This document shows, one piece after another, positions 30,845 to 54,100 of a DNA stretch of 64,000 nucleotides. The stretch lies in NCBI RefSeq assembly GCF_009914755.1, contig NC_060933.1, one strand, 5' to 3'. The DNA comes from the human T2T-CHM13v2.0 reference genome, Homo sapiens. How positions within the stretch are numbered: the first letter of the stretch is position 1; every line of letters begins with the position of its first letter. The notes beneath the pieces are model-generated. The model was not told where the DNA came from, did no database searches, and saw nothing but the letters and a program-made list of their open reading frames with translations. Made by a program: the position numbers and the translations under genes.

Positions 30845-31010
30845 TCTTATGTTATATTTAACTAAACTTAATTTTCCTTATGTTAGAATATTTAACTAAA
30901 CTCAATTAGTATAATTATCCTTATGTTAGAATATTTAACTAAACTCAATTATTATCATTATCCTTATGTTAGAATATTTAACTAAACTCAATTTTCTTCC
31001 ATTATCTTAT
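30845..31010. repeat. AT-rich minisatellite, 4 copies of core cttatgttagaatatttaactaaactcaatt
   Basis: Seen directly; spacer lengths vary and the first copy is degenerate. Confidence 0.9.
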
Positions 31011-31033
31011 ACATATCCATATAATACAATTTA

Positions 31034-31219
<186 letters not shown>

Positions 31220-31469
31220 TCATTTCATCCACATGAAAACTGATTTTCCTTGTTACTTTTATTAAATAGAACTTCAGGGAAAAAAGAAAAACCCGAGTCT
31301 GTAAAAAGTGTAACTTAAATACCCTATTTTAAAAAAACTTAGTACTAATAAAGCAGTAAACTATTATTAGCCAATGACATTACATAACTTTTCACTTCTG
31401 AATTTACTAATTAAATGAGCTAATACTCTTCACGTCAAAAAAATCTTTAGAACCCCATTCTTTGACATC

Positions 31470-32310
31470 CATACACGTTACTGAATCTAGAAAATGATCA
31501 TCAATGGCTACTACAATCAAGAGAGGAAAGGTTGATGGACACCTTTACGTGGATGGATCAGGCTACAAGACCTGGGTTCACTAATCAATCTTAAGATTAC
31601 AAAAAGAGAAACAATCAGAGATGATGTTGTTTCCTGATGTGATGCAATGGGAATTCATTGCACCACCTATTAAGTATTCTTGCCAAAACCAAACCTGAAG
31701 TTGATCAAGCTTCTAGATCTAACTAACAGTTTATAGGAAATTGGTGAAACAGAAGCACTTGTTAACACCACAGGGATGCAATCCAATAAAATCCAAATGT
31801 GAAAAACCCTACATGACAATCCAGCTTCTTTAGCGAATGAATGAGAAATTTAAAAAAAGAGAAAAGGGAAGCCTATAAATTAACACAGACTTAAGGGACA
31901 TGTCAACAAAATTCAAAAGCAATGTGTGATCCTTGGCTGGATTCTGATTAAATAAAACTATAAAACACCATTTAGAGGCAATCGGGGAAGTCTGAACATT
32001 GGATATTTCATCACAGTAAGAAATTTTCTTAATCTTTCTGTGTTGTGATAATCGCATTGTAGTTAAGATTGTCTTAAACAGCCTTTGTCTTTTAGAAATA
32101 CGTATGTAAGTATGTACAGATAAAATACGGTATCCGAAAATGGACTTAAAAATTCATTGTGGAAGTATGAGTAAAAGTATAGATAAACAAAACTCACCAT
32201 GTGTTGATAATTGTTGATACTGGGTGATGAATACATGGGGCCTCATTATCTTATTATCTGTTTTTGTAAATGTTTGAAGATTTCCATAATAAAGTTTTTA
32301 AAACTATACA
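31470..32310 (+). mobile_element. Old L1M 3' UTR relic
   Basis: 'ttgatcaagcttctagatcta', 'gacttaagggacatgtcaac', 'tttccataataaa'. Confidence 0.65.
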
Positions 32311-32825
32311 TTACCTTCCAGACTCGAAATACTGCTGACATATGCTGACTTAAAGATGCTCTAACAACTTAATTTCTAAAATTCTGAATCACCTTGTATT
32401 ATTTAAGCCATGAAATGAAGAAAAACCAGGGCCTATACGTTATTTTTTCATGCACATAAATGTTCAAAGTATTTTCAAATTGATATAGTCTTCATTAACT
32501 TATGCATACTATCTTGAATAGATACCCAATGACAGAGTGCTAAGGATTAACAAAAATTCAAAACAAGTTCAAAAACTAGTCCTTGCCAACTCTTTTCCCT
32601 CAAAAGTTTAACATTTAATTGGAGAGGTATTTATACTACCACATTACAGCTATATGGCAGTTTCTAGTTTATAAACCAGTGAAACATATATTATTTCATA
32701 TAATGGTGAAAAGCAGTTTTATTCCATTTTATAGAGAAGACAAACAAGCATCATAGGACTTAGCTGACATGAAAAGTTATGGCACAATGCAAAAACAGAT
32801 TTTAATCTTTATCATCTAAATTTCA

Positions 32826-33090
32826 GGCCAGGCACTTTTGTTCATGCCTGTAATCCCAGCACTTTGGGAGGCTGAGGCAGAGGGATCGCAACATGGTGAA
32901 AACCCAGTCTCTACAAAAAATACAAAATTAGCCGGTTCACAACTGTAGTCCCAGCTACTCAGGAAGCTGAGGTGAGAGGATCACTTGAGCCTGGGAGTGA
33001 TGATAAGCTCTTGAGGCTGCAGTGAGTCGGACTGCACCATTGCTTTCCAGCCTGGGCAACAGGGCAAGACTGTGTTTAAAAAAAAAAATT
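32826..33090 (+). mobile_element. AluJ-type element with internal deletions
   Basis: Degenerate dimer, A tail. Confidence 0.85.
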
Positions 33091-33988
33091 AAAATTTAAA
33101 TAAATAAACATACCTCAGGCTTCAGGAAAACAACTAGAATAGAGTCTTACATAGAAAGTGGTTAATAAATGTTTGTTGAATTGAACTCTACTTCCAGATC
33201 AGGAAGTAGTAGCCAAAAGAAAAGACAGAACCTAAATTAAAAATATAAAAATCTTTGCCATCACCCCTTACACAGAATAGAACAACTTGTCCTGCTATGA
33301 TCATTCATTTTGCAACGTGAAAAAGCATTCATTGATTGACAATTTCTAATGTGACAACATAAAGAAGCATGAAAGTAAGAATGCTTTTTGAAAAACATTG
33401 TTTCATTCTTTAAAAGTCTAAATAATTCTAAAATCTAGCCAAGCACTGCTCAGATAGTTTCACCCAACTTTATGAGAAAGAGACAAGTGATGAAAGACTA
33501 TTTTTATATTAGTCTACCACTAAAAGAAATACAAGATGTATTATGGTGCAGATGAATTACATATTACCTTTACTTCTGTTTCTCATTTATTTGCTATTCA
33601 TTTTGCTAATAAGAGTAAGGAAGAAATCTTACTGAGATGAATTCCAAGGAAGATTTTGTTTCCCAGAAAGTAGGAGTACTTAACACCAAGTTTTTTCCAA
33701 AGCCATGTCAAAACAGTTTAATTTTAGAAGCCTTCTTCTAATTGATAAAACTAAAAAACAAGGGCATTAGTGCCAGTAAAGCACAATCTAAAAAGTCAAA
33801 ATTCACCATACAGAAATGTCAGGATTGAACTTAGTAACAAATAAACAAGGGTGCCAAGTGGAATCAACAGTGAACATTAGCTGGAAACATTTGCAGACAC
33901 ACAGTAAAAATGAGAAGCAAGATACATGAGAATCCTCGAGTACTTAGAGGTGGAGCTGAAGAATAATCAAACTATTCCACAGAAGTAG

Positions 33989-34315
<327 letters not shown>

Positions 34316-34849
34316 TCTAGCACTTATTTCTAATTTGCTATAAGTAGATCACATATTTACAGTCAAAGATGAACTGTGTTAAGCTGATGTACTGTATTTG
34401 GAACACATCTCCAGTTAACATTTTGGAAATTAAAATGAAGTAAATATTTGTGTGTTAATATAAAAAGGGAAAAGATAAGAGTTATACTTGATATCATAGG
34501 AACAATAAAAAGCCACTGCAAATTATTACTCGTAATTTCTATTTTCAGTTTTATTCAATAAAGTTTCCAGAGTTTTAAAGCTGGAAAAGCTGAGGACACA
34601 TAACTCTCTAAGTGGTGGAGACACAGCCTGGACCTAAGTTTGTCTGCCTATACAACACATTTTACTTCTACTACATACACTCCATAAGTGGATCTCAAGT
34701 TCAAAAGGACTCTTTAGAATTACTAAAGCATAGCACCACAATTCAAAGTATGCAATAATAACTCTACTGTTTCCTTTTACACTGAAACAGGATGTACTTA
34801 ATACTGCCTTCTGTAAGCTGACATTCTATTAATATTCTTAAAATACTTA

Positions 34850-34987
<138 letters not shown>

Positions 34988-37191
34988 TTAAAAATTAATC
35001 TTGCCTTTGTAGAAAGCACCAAACATTCAGGAAAGCAGAAGTAAATTACATTTCAGTTTTTTAGTATGTATTTTAAAAATCTGATGCATTTCTTAAACAT
35101 CCCAAGTCAATCAATGATATGCTTTTATTTTTTAGTTTAATACAGGATTACAACTTTAGAGTGAGAAGTCATTAAACTCTTTTCTATTAAACTTTCTACA
35201 TGAAATCAATTAAAGATAATATATTCCTTATAAAAAGTGAAACAGCCAAAACATATGTAAAGACATAATGTACAATCACCCCTCTAACTCTCCGTGGATT
35301 TCCATCTACACTAAAATTAATGGGAAAACACCACCAAAATGGCACCTTTGCTTTCCTCCCCACCCTTCTCCATACATATATGTGTTTGTAGGAGAGAAAA
35401 CGAAGAGGGACTCAAAAATATAAAGTATACTTTCTTGGATATTCTTAGAAATATATTTTCCACATGAACTTTAAAATCACCTTACCTAATTACTAAATGA
35501 TATATTAGGTTTCTAAATGGAACTGAATTAAATTCATGTTAATTATAGAAAGGCTGACAATTTTTATTGAGATCTGGTTTGACTTGCCTTAAATTCTAAC
35601 TTAAGGATAGAGTCATTTTTTTTTCCTGGTACAGAATAATTTTATTAAACTTACCTGTGAGTATTTTTATAAGATTCTTTTTTCCCTTTCCATTTCTGAC
35701 TGGTTATTCCAACAATGAAGCACTATTCATTTATTTTTTGTATTTATCTTAATATTCACATTATCAAATAAACTCACTAATTTTAACAGGTTTTTAGTAG
35801 TCTCATGGATTTTTTAGTAATATAATTAAAATATTTTATCTCCTCTTCTAGTATTTATATCATTTATTTCATTTTCTCCTCTTACTACATTTAGATAAAT
35901 GAAACCTCAAAAAAATTATGCCGAATATAGTGGTAAGAACAAACAATTCTTTTTCATGACTTGAACCAAAATGTTTTGCCATTCCATGTAATATTTGCCA
36001 CTTTTTTGCAAATCAACTTTGTTATGTTTAAGTCAAAAATAGCTAACAATGAATAATTTCTGTATGTGAGACACTGCTCTAACGTTTTTTACATGTATTA
36101 AGTAATTAAATCCTTACAACCACACTTAGGTGGTAAATGCTATTATTATTCCCATAACTTGAGTAGTTCCACCATAATTTTTATTATACTTCACAGTTTT
36201 AATTACTTCATCAAATGCCTTTTCAACATCTAATAATAGAATCAGATGGCTTTTCTCCTTTAAACTGCTGATGCAATAAATTATGTTGACAGGTTTCCTA
36301 TCGTTGAACTATCTTTGCATTCTAAGAAAATGCTACTCTTTTAACACTATGTGACTAAGTTAGCTAATATTTAGAATTTTTCCATCTAAGTTCTTAAGAT
36401 GATCTTTCTTATTTCAATTTACTTTTACCAAGTATTGGTAAGATTATACTAGCTTCAGAAAACTAAATTTTAAAACTTTCCATCACTTATTAGAATAAAT
36501 AATAAAAGCACCATCTATTTTTTAAAGGATAAATACAATTCAGCTGGAATACCATGTCAATATGGCAGCATTAATAAACATATTTTTAAAAATTTCCCTT
36601 CAACAGCTATAGCTTCTTCAGAATCTCACTTTTTCCTCATCGCTTTTGGTATTTCTCTCTCTCTCTCTCTCCCCTGATGTCCCTAAGTTTTCAGTTTCTT
36701 TATCATGTTATATCATTTCTTAGAATCCAGTCCACTTTTTTTAAAGTGTATTTCCAGGATACCACTAACTTATAATTCTAATTTGGATGAGTTGCTGCCT
36801 AGGAAATCTGATTTCATCTTGTTATTTCTTTTCACTGGACTCCCAGATTAGTACCACTTGTTCTTGTATCTCACATCTCCATCTCGGGTTTCAAATGGGA
36901 TCCTAGTGAATCAAACAATCAATCTTGTTGATTATATTATTCAAATTCTCTATAGCCTTACTTATTTTTGTCTTCTTGATATGTCAAATTCTGAAAGGAG
37001 TACTTTAAATTCTCATAAATGTTTTCTAATCAAGTTGTATTTCCTGGAGATTTCTGCCCTGCTTATGTAAGTGCCATGTGGCCAGGGTTGTTGTGCTGTG
37101 TAAAGGTTTACAGCATCTTCAAGGATTGCAACTTGTAAATACAAAATATCTGTCTTTATGCAAGTCAGTGTTTTTGACCCTGACGTTTTAG

Positions 37192-37510
<319 letters not shown>

Positions 37511-37598
37511 GACTGACACTAATATTAACCACTTTTGCTTTATTTTAATTTCATTTGCCTAGTTCATCTTCGTCCATTCGTTTTCAACCTTGTCACTG

Positions 37599-37600
<2 letters not shown>

Positions 37601-37645
<45 letters not shown>

Positions 37646-37722
37646 GGGAGCAGGTGAGAGAGGGAGAGAGGGAGAGAGAGGGACAGAAGGAGAGAGGGAG
37701 AGAGGAAGAGAGGCAGAGAGAG
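37601..37722. repeat. (CA)~20 microsatellite followed by GA-rich simple repeat
   Basis: Seen directly. Confidence 0.95.
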
Positions 37723-38364
37723 ATCCCACTAAACTGTGTTACTTTCAATCTCTGACCTTTTGAGGGTACTTCATGGTTTATTCATAGTTGGTGATGACGG
37801 ATATACATTTCATTGTATTCTCTCCATCTTATTTTCTACTTCTGATACCAACAAATGCTTTTATTGTTCTTCCTTACCATTTTATTTTTATTGGTTTGGT
37901 GGCATTGCTCCACATTTTCTTTTCTTCCTTAATTTGGAAGCCTTCTATCACGCTTTTCAATTCTACTTTTCCACCCTCATAGTCATGATTGATATTTTTC
38001 TAACACTATATTAAATGAACTAACTAAGCCATCCCACTGACACAAGTTAATTTTCACTTCTCCTATATTACCCCCCTTAGAATATTTTTGGTTAACACGT
38101 TTTATAAGTTCCAATACTTCTATCTTGAGACCTTTTACTCATTTTGTTCAGAAAGAGATCAGATAGCATATTTTCTGAATTACTGTTTTTGAGACAGACC
38201 TTCACTCTGTACATTTTCTGAATTCTTATAAACGCTGACATGCAGTTTGTTGGCAGTGACAAACAATTTACAGATTCTTCAAAAGACATTTGGATGTCCA
38301 CTGGCTTCCAGTGCTATAGATGAACAGTCCAATACTAGTTTAATTTTTTAAATATGCATAAAAA

Positions 38365-38605
38365 TACAGTGATTAAGAGCATGCAATCTGCAACCAAACT
38401 TCCTGGGTTTGAATTCCAACTTCACCACATACCAGATGCATGATCCTGGCCAGACTATTAACCACTCTATGCCCCCATTTTCTCTTCTGTAAAGTGAGGG
38501 TGACAACCTCACTGGGTTGTTTGTTGTGTGGATGGAAAATATCACATGTGTTAGCACTTGAACAAGGCCTGGCATACGGCAAATATTCAATGAATGTTAG
38601 CTACT
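38365..38605 (+). mobile_element. MIR
   Basis: 'cctgggtttgaattcc', 'ttttctcttctgtaaagtgagg', 'aatgttagcta'. Confidence 0.8.
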
Positions 38606-38856
38606 GGTATTACTATTATCATTATTTCCTTTTAAGTAACCTATTCTTTTAAAGTGGAAGCATGTTAAAATTTTCTCTTTATACTTGAAACTCAGAAATT
38701 TCACTGGTACATATAAAATAAGTCTGCCTTCCTGATCCCTTCCTGGGACTCAGTGAGCCACTTCAATCTGAAGTTTTGACCCCTCCACTCACATAAAACT
38801 CACCATAACACAAAACTCATTATAATAGTTTCAACAGTGACTACAGGAGACAGAGG

Positions 38857-45690
<6,834 letters not shown>

Positions 45691-46549
45691 GTTAACTATA
45701 TAAAGTAGTGAAAGGTTCAAGTTAAGGTCAAATAGCACTTTAGATTTGTCTCATGTGTTCTAATGTTATAAAAAACAATTATTATTACATTACATTTAAA
45801 ACAATGTATTCTCATATCACATTTAAAACAATCATATTAAATGCTGGTCACAGTGAAGTTAGCTATATTTGGATATTCTGACTGTAACAAAAACCATTTG
45901 GACAAAGTAAGTTGCCCCAGCAAGAATCAATCAAATGAGGTAAACTCAGACTCAATAAACCAGTCTATTCAACCTGATATAGTATGGAAAGCCTATATCT
46001 GAGCAAGATTTATTCATTAGTGAAAGGATAAACCTTCATGTATGTAAAACAAGTGTGCTTAAAACTGTAAATTTTTTGCCTCAAATATAGATAATCAAAA
46101 TATTAAATTGCCAGAGTGCCAATGGCACTAGCCCCTAATAATATCCAAGTAAAGGCCAAAGTTTTATTGAGAACATGGTTAATATTATGTGCAAATACAA
46201 AGAAAGATGAGGTGTTTTAGGTCATAATCATTAATGTACTATAAATCACAGATTTGTAAAATGTTGGAGTTGATGTTAACACCCTCATTTAACAGATGAG
46301 GAGAACAAGAAAAGTTTAAAGTGGAGCTCTAATAAACCTGAAGGCATCTATCGTAAGCTGCATGTTATTTACACCCAATGACTCTACGTAGAAAAAAATA
46401 CATGCTTCTAACACGTCTAGTATTACAGCTGCGATTTCAGATTCAGATTCAGGTGGCTGCCATTATCCTCCAGTCTCAGAATTTGATTTTTCATCCCAAC
46501 CAAAGAAGAAATAAATAAATTCAATAAGTAGCACATATAAAACCACACA

Positions 46550-48430
<1,881 letters not shown>

Positions 48431-50177
48431 GAAATGTAGGAAAGCCACACACCTAAATAATATTAAACTGTAAAGAGCACCCCAAAAGGCAAAAATGTAT
48501 GAGGAACATTTGTCAGGGGGACTAATCCATTCTAGGGAGGCAGAGGAGACTTGAATTAACTAACGTGGGCAAAGCGGTGAGAATGCTACAGACTAGACTC
48601 CAAAATTGTACTTTATTGCCTGGTTCCAAACATGTTCAATTTATGTAAGAAGGCAGTTGAAAATCCTCAGAAATCTGAGAGAAACAAAGATGGAGAGAAA
48701 GTGAAAGAGAAGCTTGGTACTGAAGCTCCAAGTCACTAAAATGCAAGACTGCCATCTGGTGGTAATTTCAGCAAATCCCTTCCAAGTAATGGGGGGGTAA
48801 GAGGGGGTGATGGATTGAAACAGACACAGCACTATTTAGTGACACACATTCTCAAATTCAGTATTTCAAAGGCAGTATTCTCTTTACAATTGAAAATACA
48901 GTGTGAAACATAAATATTTTTAAACTGCTTAATTTTAAGATCATTCACTTGTGAAAACCACTAAGTATTCAATAGAATCACTTTTAAAAAGCTCAAAGAA
49001 AAGGACAACTTGAAAGAGAAGCAACTGCCAGCCTGTTCCTTTTTGGGGACACTGCCAAAGAACAAGACCTCTATTGGGCACATTTTCTAGAATCCAACAC
49101 TTAAATAGTACCCCAACCGGCACGCCCCAATCAAAAAAAAAATTACAGACAATAAGCTACTCTCCTAACTGATACTACTTCCTCATTTCAATCATGTCTG
49201 ACAATTAAATAAATACCTCCAGATGAAGAAGTTTCCACTGCACATACTTTCTTTGGTCATCAGCCCCCACCCTTAAAATGAATTATTGCTAGTTATAATT
49301 GCTTACAATGTTAAATTCTAGTTTACCAAAATATTGGTCCCTTTCTTTTAATTCTGTTAATGTTAAGACAAACCAAGATTTGCTTTATGTTGTACTGACC
49401 TAACAAATCTAAAGATAAGTTTAATAAAATATTACATCTACCTAAACAGCTCCCATAGCTTCTACTAACTTCCTAGTTAAATACTTACAAATACATGGAA
49501 ATAAGAAGAAAACTCACAATAGACAACTTATCATCAGAATCTGGAAGGAATCTCTATTAAACTTAAGGCAGATGGAGCAAGACTGAAAAATCCAATGCAG
49601 AATATGCCTCGTGATCTGTATCTTGTGGTTTAGGGGCTTTTCTTTTTTTTTTTTTTTTTTTGCATTTTACATTTTGGATTCCACAGCTAAAATAAGTGTC
49701 ACACTAAATAAAAAATAAAGAAAACAATAAAGAAGTACAAAAATAGAAAGCATAAAAACCCAAACACATCAATTGTAAGAATTTTAAACAGGTTAAACTC
49801 CTCTATTAAAAGACAAATGATCAAACAACAAAATCCAACCTCTTATTTATGAAAAAAAAAGCAAACATACATCAAGCAAATTCAAACCAATATAAAAACA
49901 GAATTCAAGGCAAAAGATGCTGAATGAGATAAATGTGATAATTTTATACTATTAAAGAGATATGCAAAAGGAAAATGGAAAACTTACAAAATTCTGTGTG
50001 CCAAGTAACATTGTATTAAAATAGAAAAAAAAAGTTTTTAAATGAAGGCTTGACAGAAACACAACATAATTGAAAGACTATTAAGTATTTTTAAGTCTTA
50101 GGTAGATAGAGAAGACAAAAAATAAACAAGGATATAGAAAGTTGAATAGATGTATAATATTAAATATGAAACAATAT

Positions 50178-50466
50178 ATTTTTGGGGGACAGAGTCTCAC
50201 TATGTCACCCAGGCTGGAGTGCAATAGCACAGTCTCAGCTCACTGCAACCTCCACCTCCCGAGTTCAAGCTATTCCCCTGCCTCAGCCTCCTGAGCAGCT
50301 GGGATTACAGGTGTGTGCCACCAAGCCTGGTTAATTTTTTGTATTTTTAGTAGAGATGGGGTTTCACCATGTTGGTCAGGCTGGTCTCGAACTCCTGACC
50401 TTGTGATCTACCCACCTCAGCCTCCCAAAGTGCTGGGATTACAGGCATAAGCCACCATGCCCAGCC
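50178..50466 (-). mobile_element. AluS-type element, TSD aaatatgaaa(c/t)aata
   Basis: Reverse dimer, very short tail, flanking repeat. Confidence 0.9.
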
Positions 50467-50479
50467 AAATATGAAATAA

Positions 50480-51350
50480 TAAGAAATCTCTCTCTATATA
50501 TATTGGTCTCTACCCCCCAGTTCCTGGCTCAGAGCTCCTAAAACCCTTGTCATTTCCCAAGCAATGGAGGTGCCAGAAACATCTTTTGTTCTAATATTTG
50601 GTCTTTGACCCCACTCCCTGACAAAGAGCTTCTAAATCTCTTAGAACTTCCTGGTGATAGAAACAACTTCTATTCTAATGAGGCAGCTCTTGGTGTACTC
50701 TTTGATGGGGATTGGTCACCAAAAAGACCAAGTCATGATAAGAAGCTTGGAACTTTCAGCCCCAAACTCCATCCTCAAGGGAAAGGAAAGGAGATGTAAA
50801 CTGAGTTAATAATCATATCGATGTGATGAAGCCTCCATAAAAATCTCCAAAACACGGGATTCAGAGAGCTTCCAAGTGATGAATGCATCCACATGCCAGA
50901 AGGGTGGGGCACTCCAACTCCATGGGGAAAAAAGCTCCTGTACCCAGGACCCTTCTGGACCTACCTGTTCATCGGGCTGTTCATCTGAATCCTTAAATCT
51001 ATCCTTTATAATGAACTGTGAATCGTAATTCAGTGTTTCCCTGAGTCCTGTGAGCTGCCATAGCAAATTATCAAAGTGAGGAGGGTTATGGGACCCCCTG
51101 TTTGTAACCAAGTCAGAGAGAAGTATGGTAACCTGGGGACCCACTACTTTTGACTGGCATCTGTAGTGAGGGGCAGTCGTGGGAGACTGAGTCCTTAATC
51201 CTTGAGGTCTGCACTAACTCCAGGTAGTTTGTATCATAACTGAATTGTAGGAAGGACACCCAGTTGGTGTCTGGAGAGTAGAAGAACTGGAATGTGTGGA
51301 GAAAATAATCCCCACACATTTGGGCACAGAAGTGTGGGAAGTGGTGTGAG
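50480..51350. mobile_element. MER21-family LTR
   Basis: 'cccccagttcctggctcagagctcctaaaacccttg', 'gtgtttccctgagtcctgtgagc', 'ggacacccagttggtgtc'. Confidence 0.75.
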
Positions 51351-51389
51351 TAGTAGGAAGAAAAACAGGTTTTTTTTTTTTCTCCTCAC

Positions 51390-54100
51390 TAAACAATGTA
51401 TGTTACATTATGTTGCCTAAAAAGAATGAATATTATTTTCCAAGTGCCCATGAGCACAAAACTGACCAGATATTAAGCCACAAAAAATTACTGCAAATCA
51501 TAAATTCCACATCAGTGAACAAAATGGATTAAAATTTGAAAGAATGAGAAAAGTCTTCACAAAAATAATACAACCAACTAAAATGTAAACTCTTGCCTAA
51601 ATAATTCTAATCTAAAGGATACCACATTACATACAAGTAATATAAAAAATAACAAGGAGATCTTAATATTAAAATTTGAAAGGGAAATACAGAAGTTGTA
51701 ATCAAGAGAAAATTTGAAACTTAAATACTTTGATCAACAGACAAAAATAAATTTAGGTAAACATACCAGAAGTTAGAAAAAGAAAAAAAAATCAGCCTGC
51801 AGAGAGGTAAAGAGAGAAATTAATAAGTATAAAAAATTCCAATAGAAATAATGAATAAACCAGCTTTTTAAAATTATAAAACAACAAAATAAGTTTTAAG
51901 TACCAAAAAATTGGAAAAAACTAATCCAGAGAATAAGCAAATATACATATTGCAGATAGCACACAAATTTCTGCTACTGAATTTTTAAAATCTAAATGTC
52001 ACTGACATAAAAATATATAATACAAATTATCAAGACTCCCTCAACAAAAAATAAAAAACTAGTCTAGACTGAGTTATAGAAAACTCTGAAAAAGTCCAAA
52101 AGCACCCCCTCTCACCCAATTAAAGGGTACAGAATCAGACAGTTTTAGAGGCACATTTTTTGCAAATTTCATTAAAACATATGTTATTTAAACTGCTCCA
52201 GAACATAGGGTGCAAAAATAAAAGCCTTTACATTTAAGTGTTCAAAGTAAGATCAGCCTCCTTCCAAAACTAGACAAAGATAGTTCTCGAAAAAGAAACT
52301 GACTTGTCTAACTTATGATGTAAAACCTTTAAACAAAATTTTAACAAATCAAAAATAGCTGTATCATAAAAGATCAATTCACACAGCCAAGCTGACCTAT
52401 TCCTAAAATCCAAGGGTGGCTTAATAACATGAATATTATTAACATAATATAACACATCCAAAGGTTATAGACTATATGGTCACATTACATTCATTGATAA
52501 ATGCAAAAAAATTCTTAAATCTGATTTTTTAAAAAAAGAAATTCTTTATTTTTATTTTTAGAAATAGAAAAATATGTATCTCAAAACAAGGATATGCTTA
52601 ATGTAAACACTAGCAACATTCCCATTGAAGTTAAAATAAAATACAAGGATGCCCAGTGTACCCCTTTAATTTAAACATTGTTAAAATTCTATTCAAAAAC
52701 AATGAAAGACACACAATATAGCTATGAATCACAGAAATTCTAGGTATCAAGAAAATCCAAAGTACCAACTCAGAAACTGTAACAACTAATAAAAAGTTCA
52801 GCAAGAAGGTTGATTTTCAAGTAAATATATAAAAATCAGTAGCTTTCTTAATAGAAGTAATGTTTGAAAATAGGAGTACTCTTTCACAACAGAAACAAAG
52901 GTAAACAGAAATATAAAACAATAAGAAAACTAAAAAACATAGGTGAAGGCATAAAAAAACTTGAATCAACAAAACAAAACATCACGTGCCTTAGTAGTAA
53001 GACTGGATATAAAATATTATGCCTCTCCCAAACTATTCCACAAATTTAATCCAATGGAAATTTTTGGTATTTGATAAAATTATTGTGAATCATATTCAGA
53101 ATAAACTATTCAGAAAAAATAGGTAGAAAAGTCTGTATATCGTATTTGAAAATAACTACAGGATGTTAGACTATATTTTAAAGTCAAAATAAATTAGAAA
53201 CACAGTGGTACTAGATCAACAAGAAACCCCCAAACATAATTAGTGTGTATGTAGGACCATAGATTATGAGAACTGCAGTGTTTCAAACCAATGGGGACAT
53301 GTGTCTAAGAGGTCAAAATAATTGAATTCAAATTCAAAAAGTGAGGAATTATAAGCAAGTTATGGTGGCATTTTATCAATCAGGTTCTAATCTGTTTTTA
53401 CTAACCTGACCATTGTCTGTAACAGCCAAAACAGAGCAACAATGTTTAACGGCTTCTGAACGGTATTTCGTACCTTTCGTTCATTCGTGGCTCAGGTATG
53501 CAGTTGTAAATGTGAAATGTCTAACAATTCAATAAATTCATCAACGACACTTTAAAACTCTTTGGAGAACGAATGAATTTAGTTGTAGCTACTTAACCAC
53601 TAAGAATAGGATTAAGTTAAATCCCAATTCACAGAAAATACCAAAATAAATCCGGATGGATGCTGTTAAATATAAACACCAAAAACATACTATCAAATGC
53701 ACTTCAAAAAGGCTGAACTAATTTAATACTTCACCAGCACTGTAGTACCCATTTTCCCTAGTCTTCAGCAACATATGTTCATTCTCTTTGAGAAATCCAA
53801 CTTCTAGGAATTCATGGCAATAATCAGAAACATATATGTAAACAAATAATTAAGGGTATCTACTGCAAGACAGCTTATAATTTTGAAATGTGGAGAAAGA
53901 CTTAAATCTTCAATCTGTTATCATTCATTTATTGTACCTTACTCAATAGAATATTACACAGACATTACTAATGATGCTGCTGAATAATATTTAATGGGCA
54001 TGGGGAAAGTTTTTTTACAAATTATTGTACAGTTTTAAAAAAATGTAGTGTTACACATGAGCTTTCATACTATAATCCCAAATCTGTAAAAGAGTAAAAC
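51390..54100 (+). mobile_element. Old L1ME-like ORF2 relic (continues from ~49680)
   Basis: A-rich degenerate L1 ORF2 phrases ('acaaggatgccca', 'aaaatcagtagctttc'). Confidence 0.6.

Noticed and set aside
49625-49700. T run not attached to an Alu; possible retrocopy tail
   Set aside because: No poly(A) signal, TSD or recognisable parent sequence.
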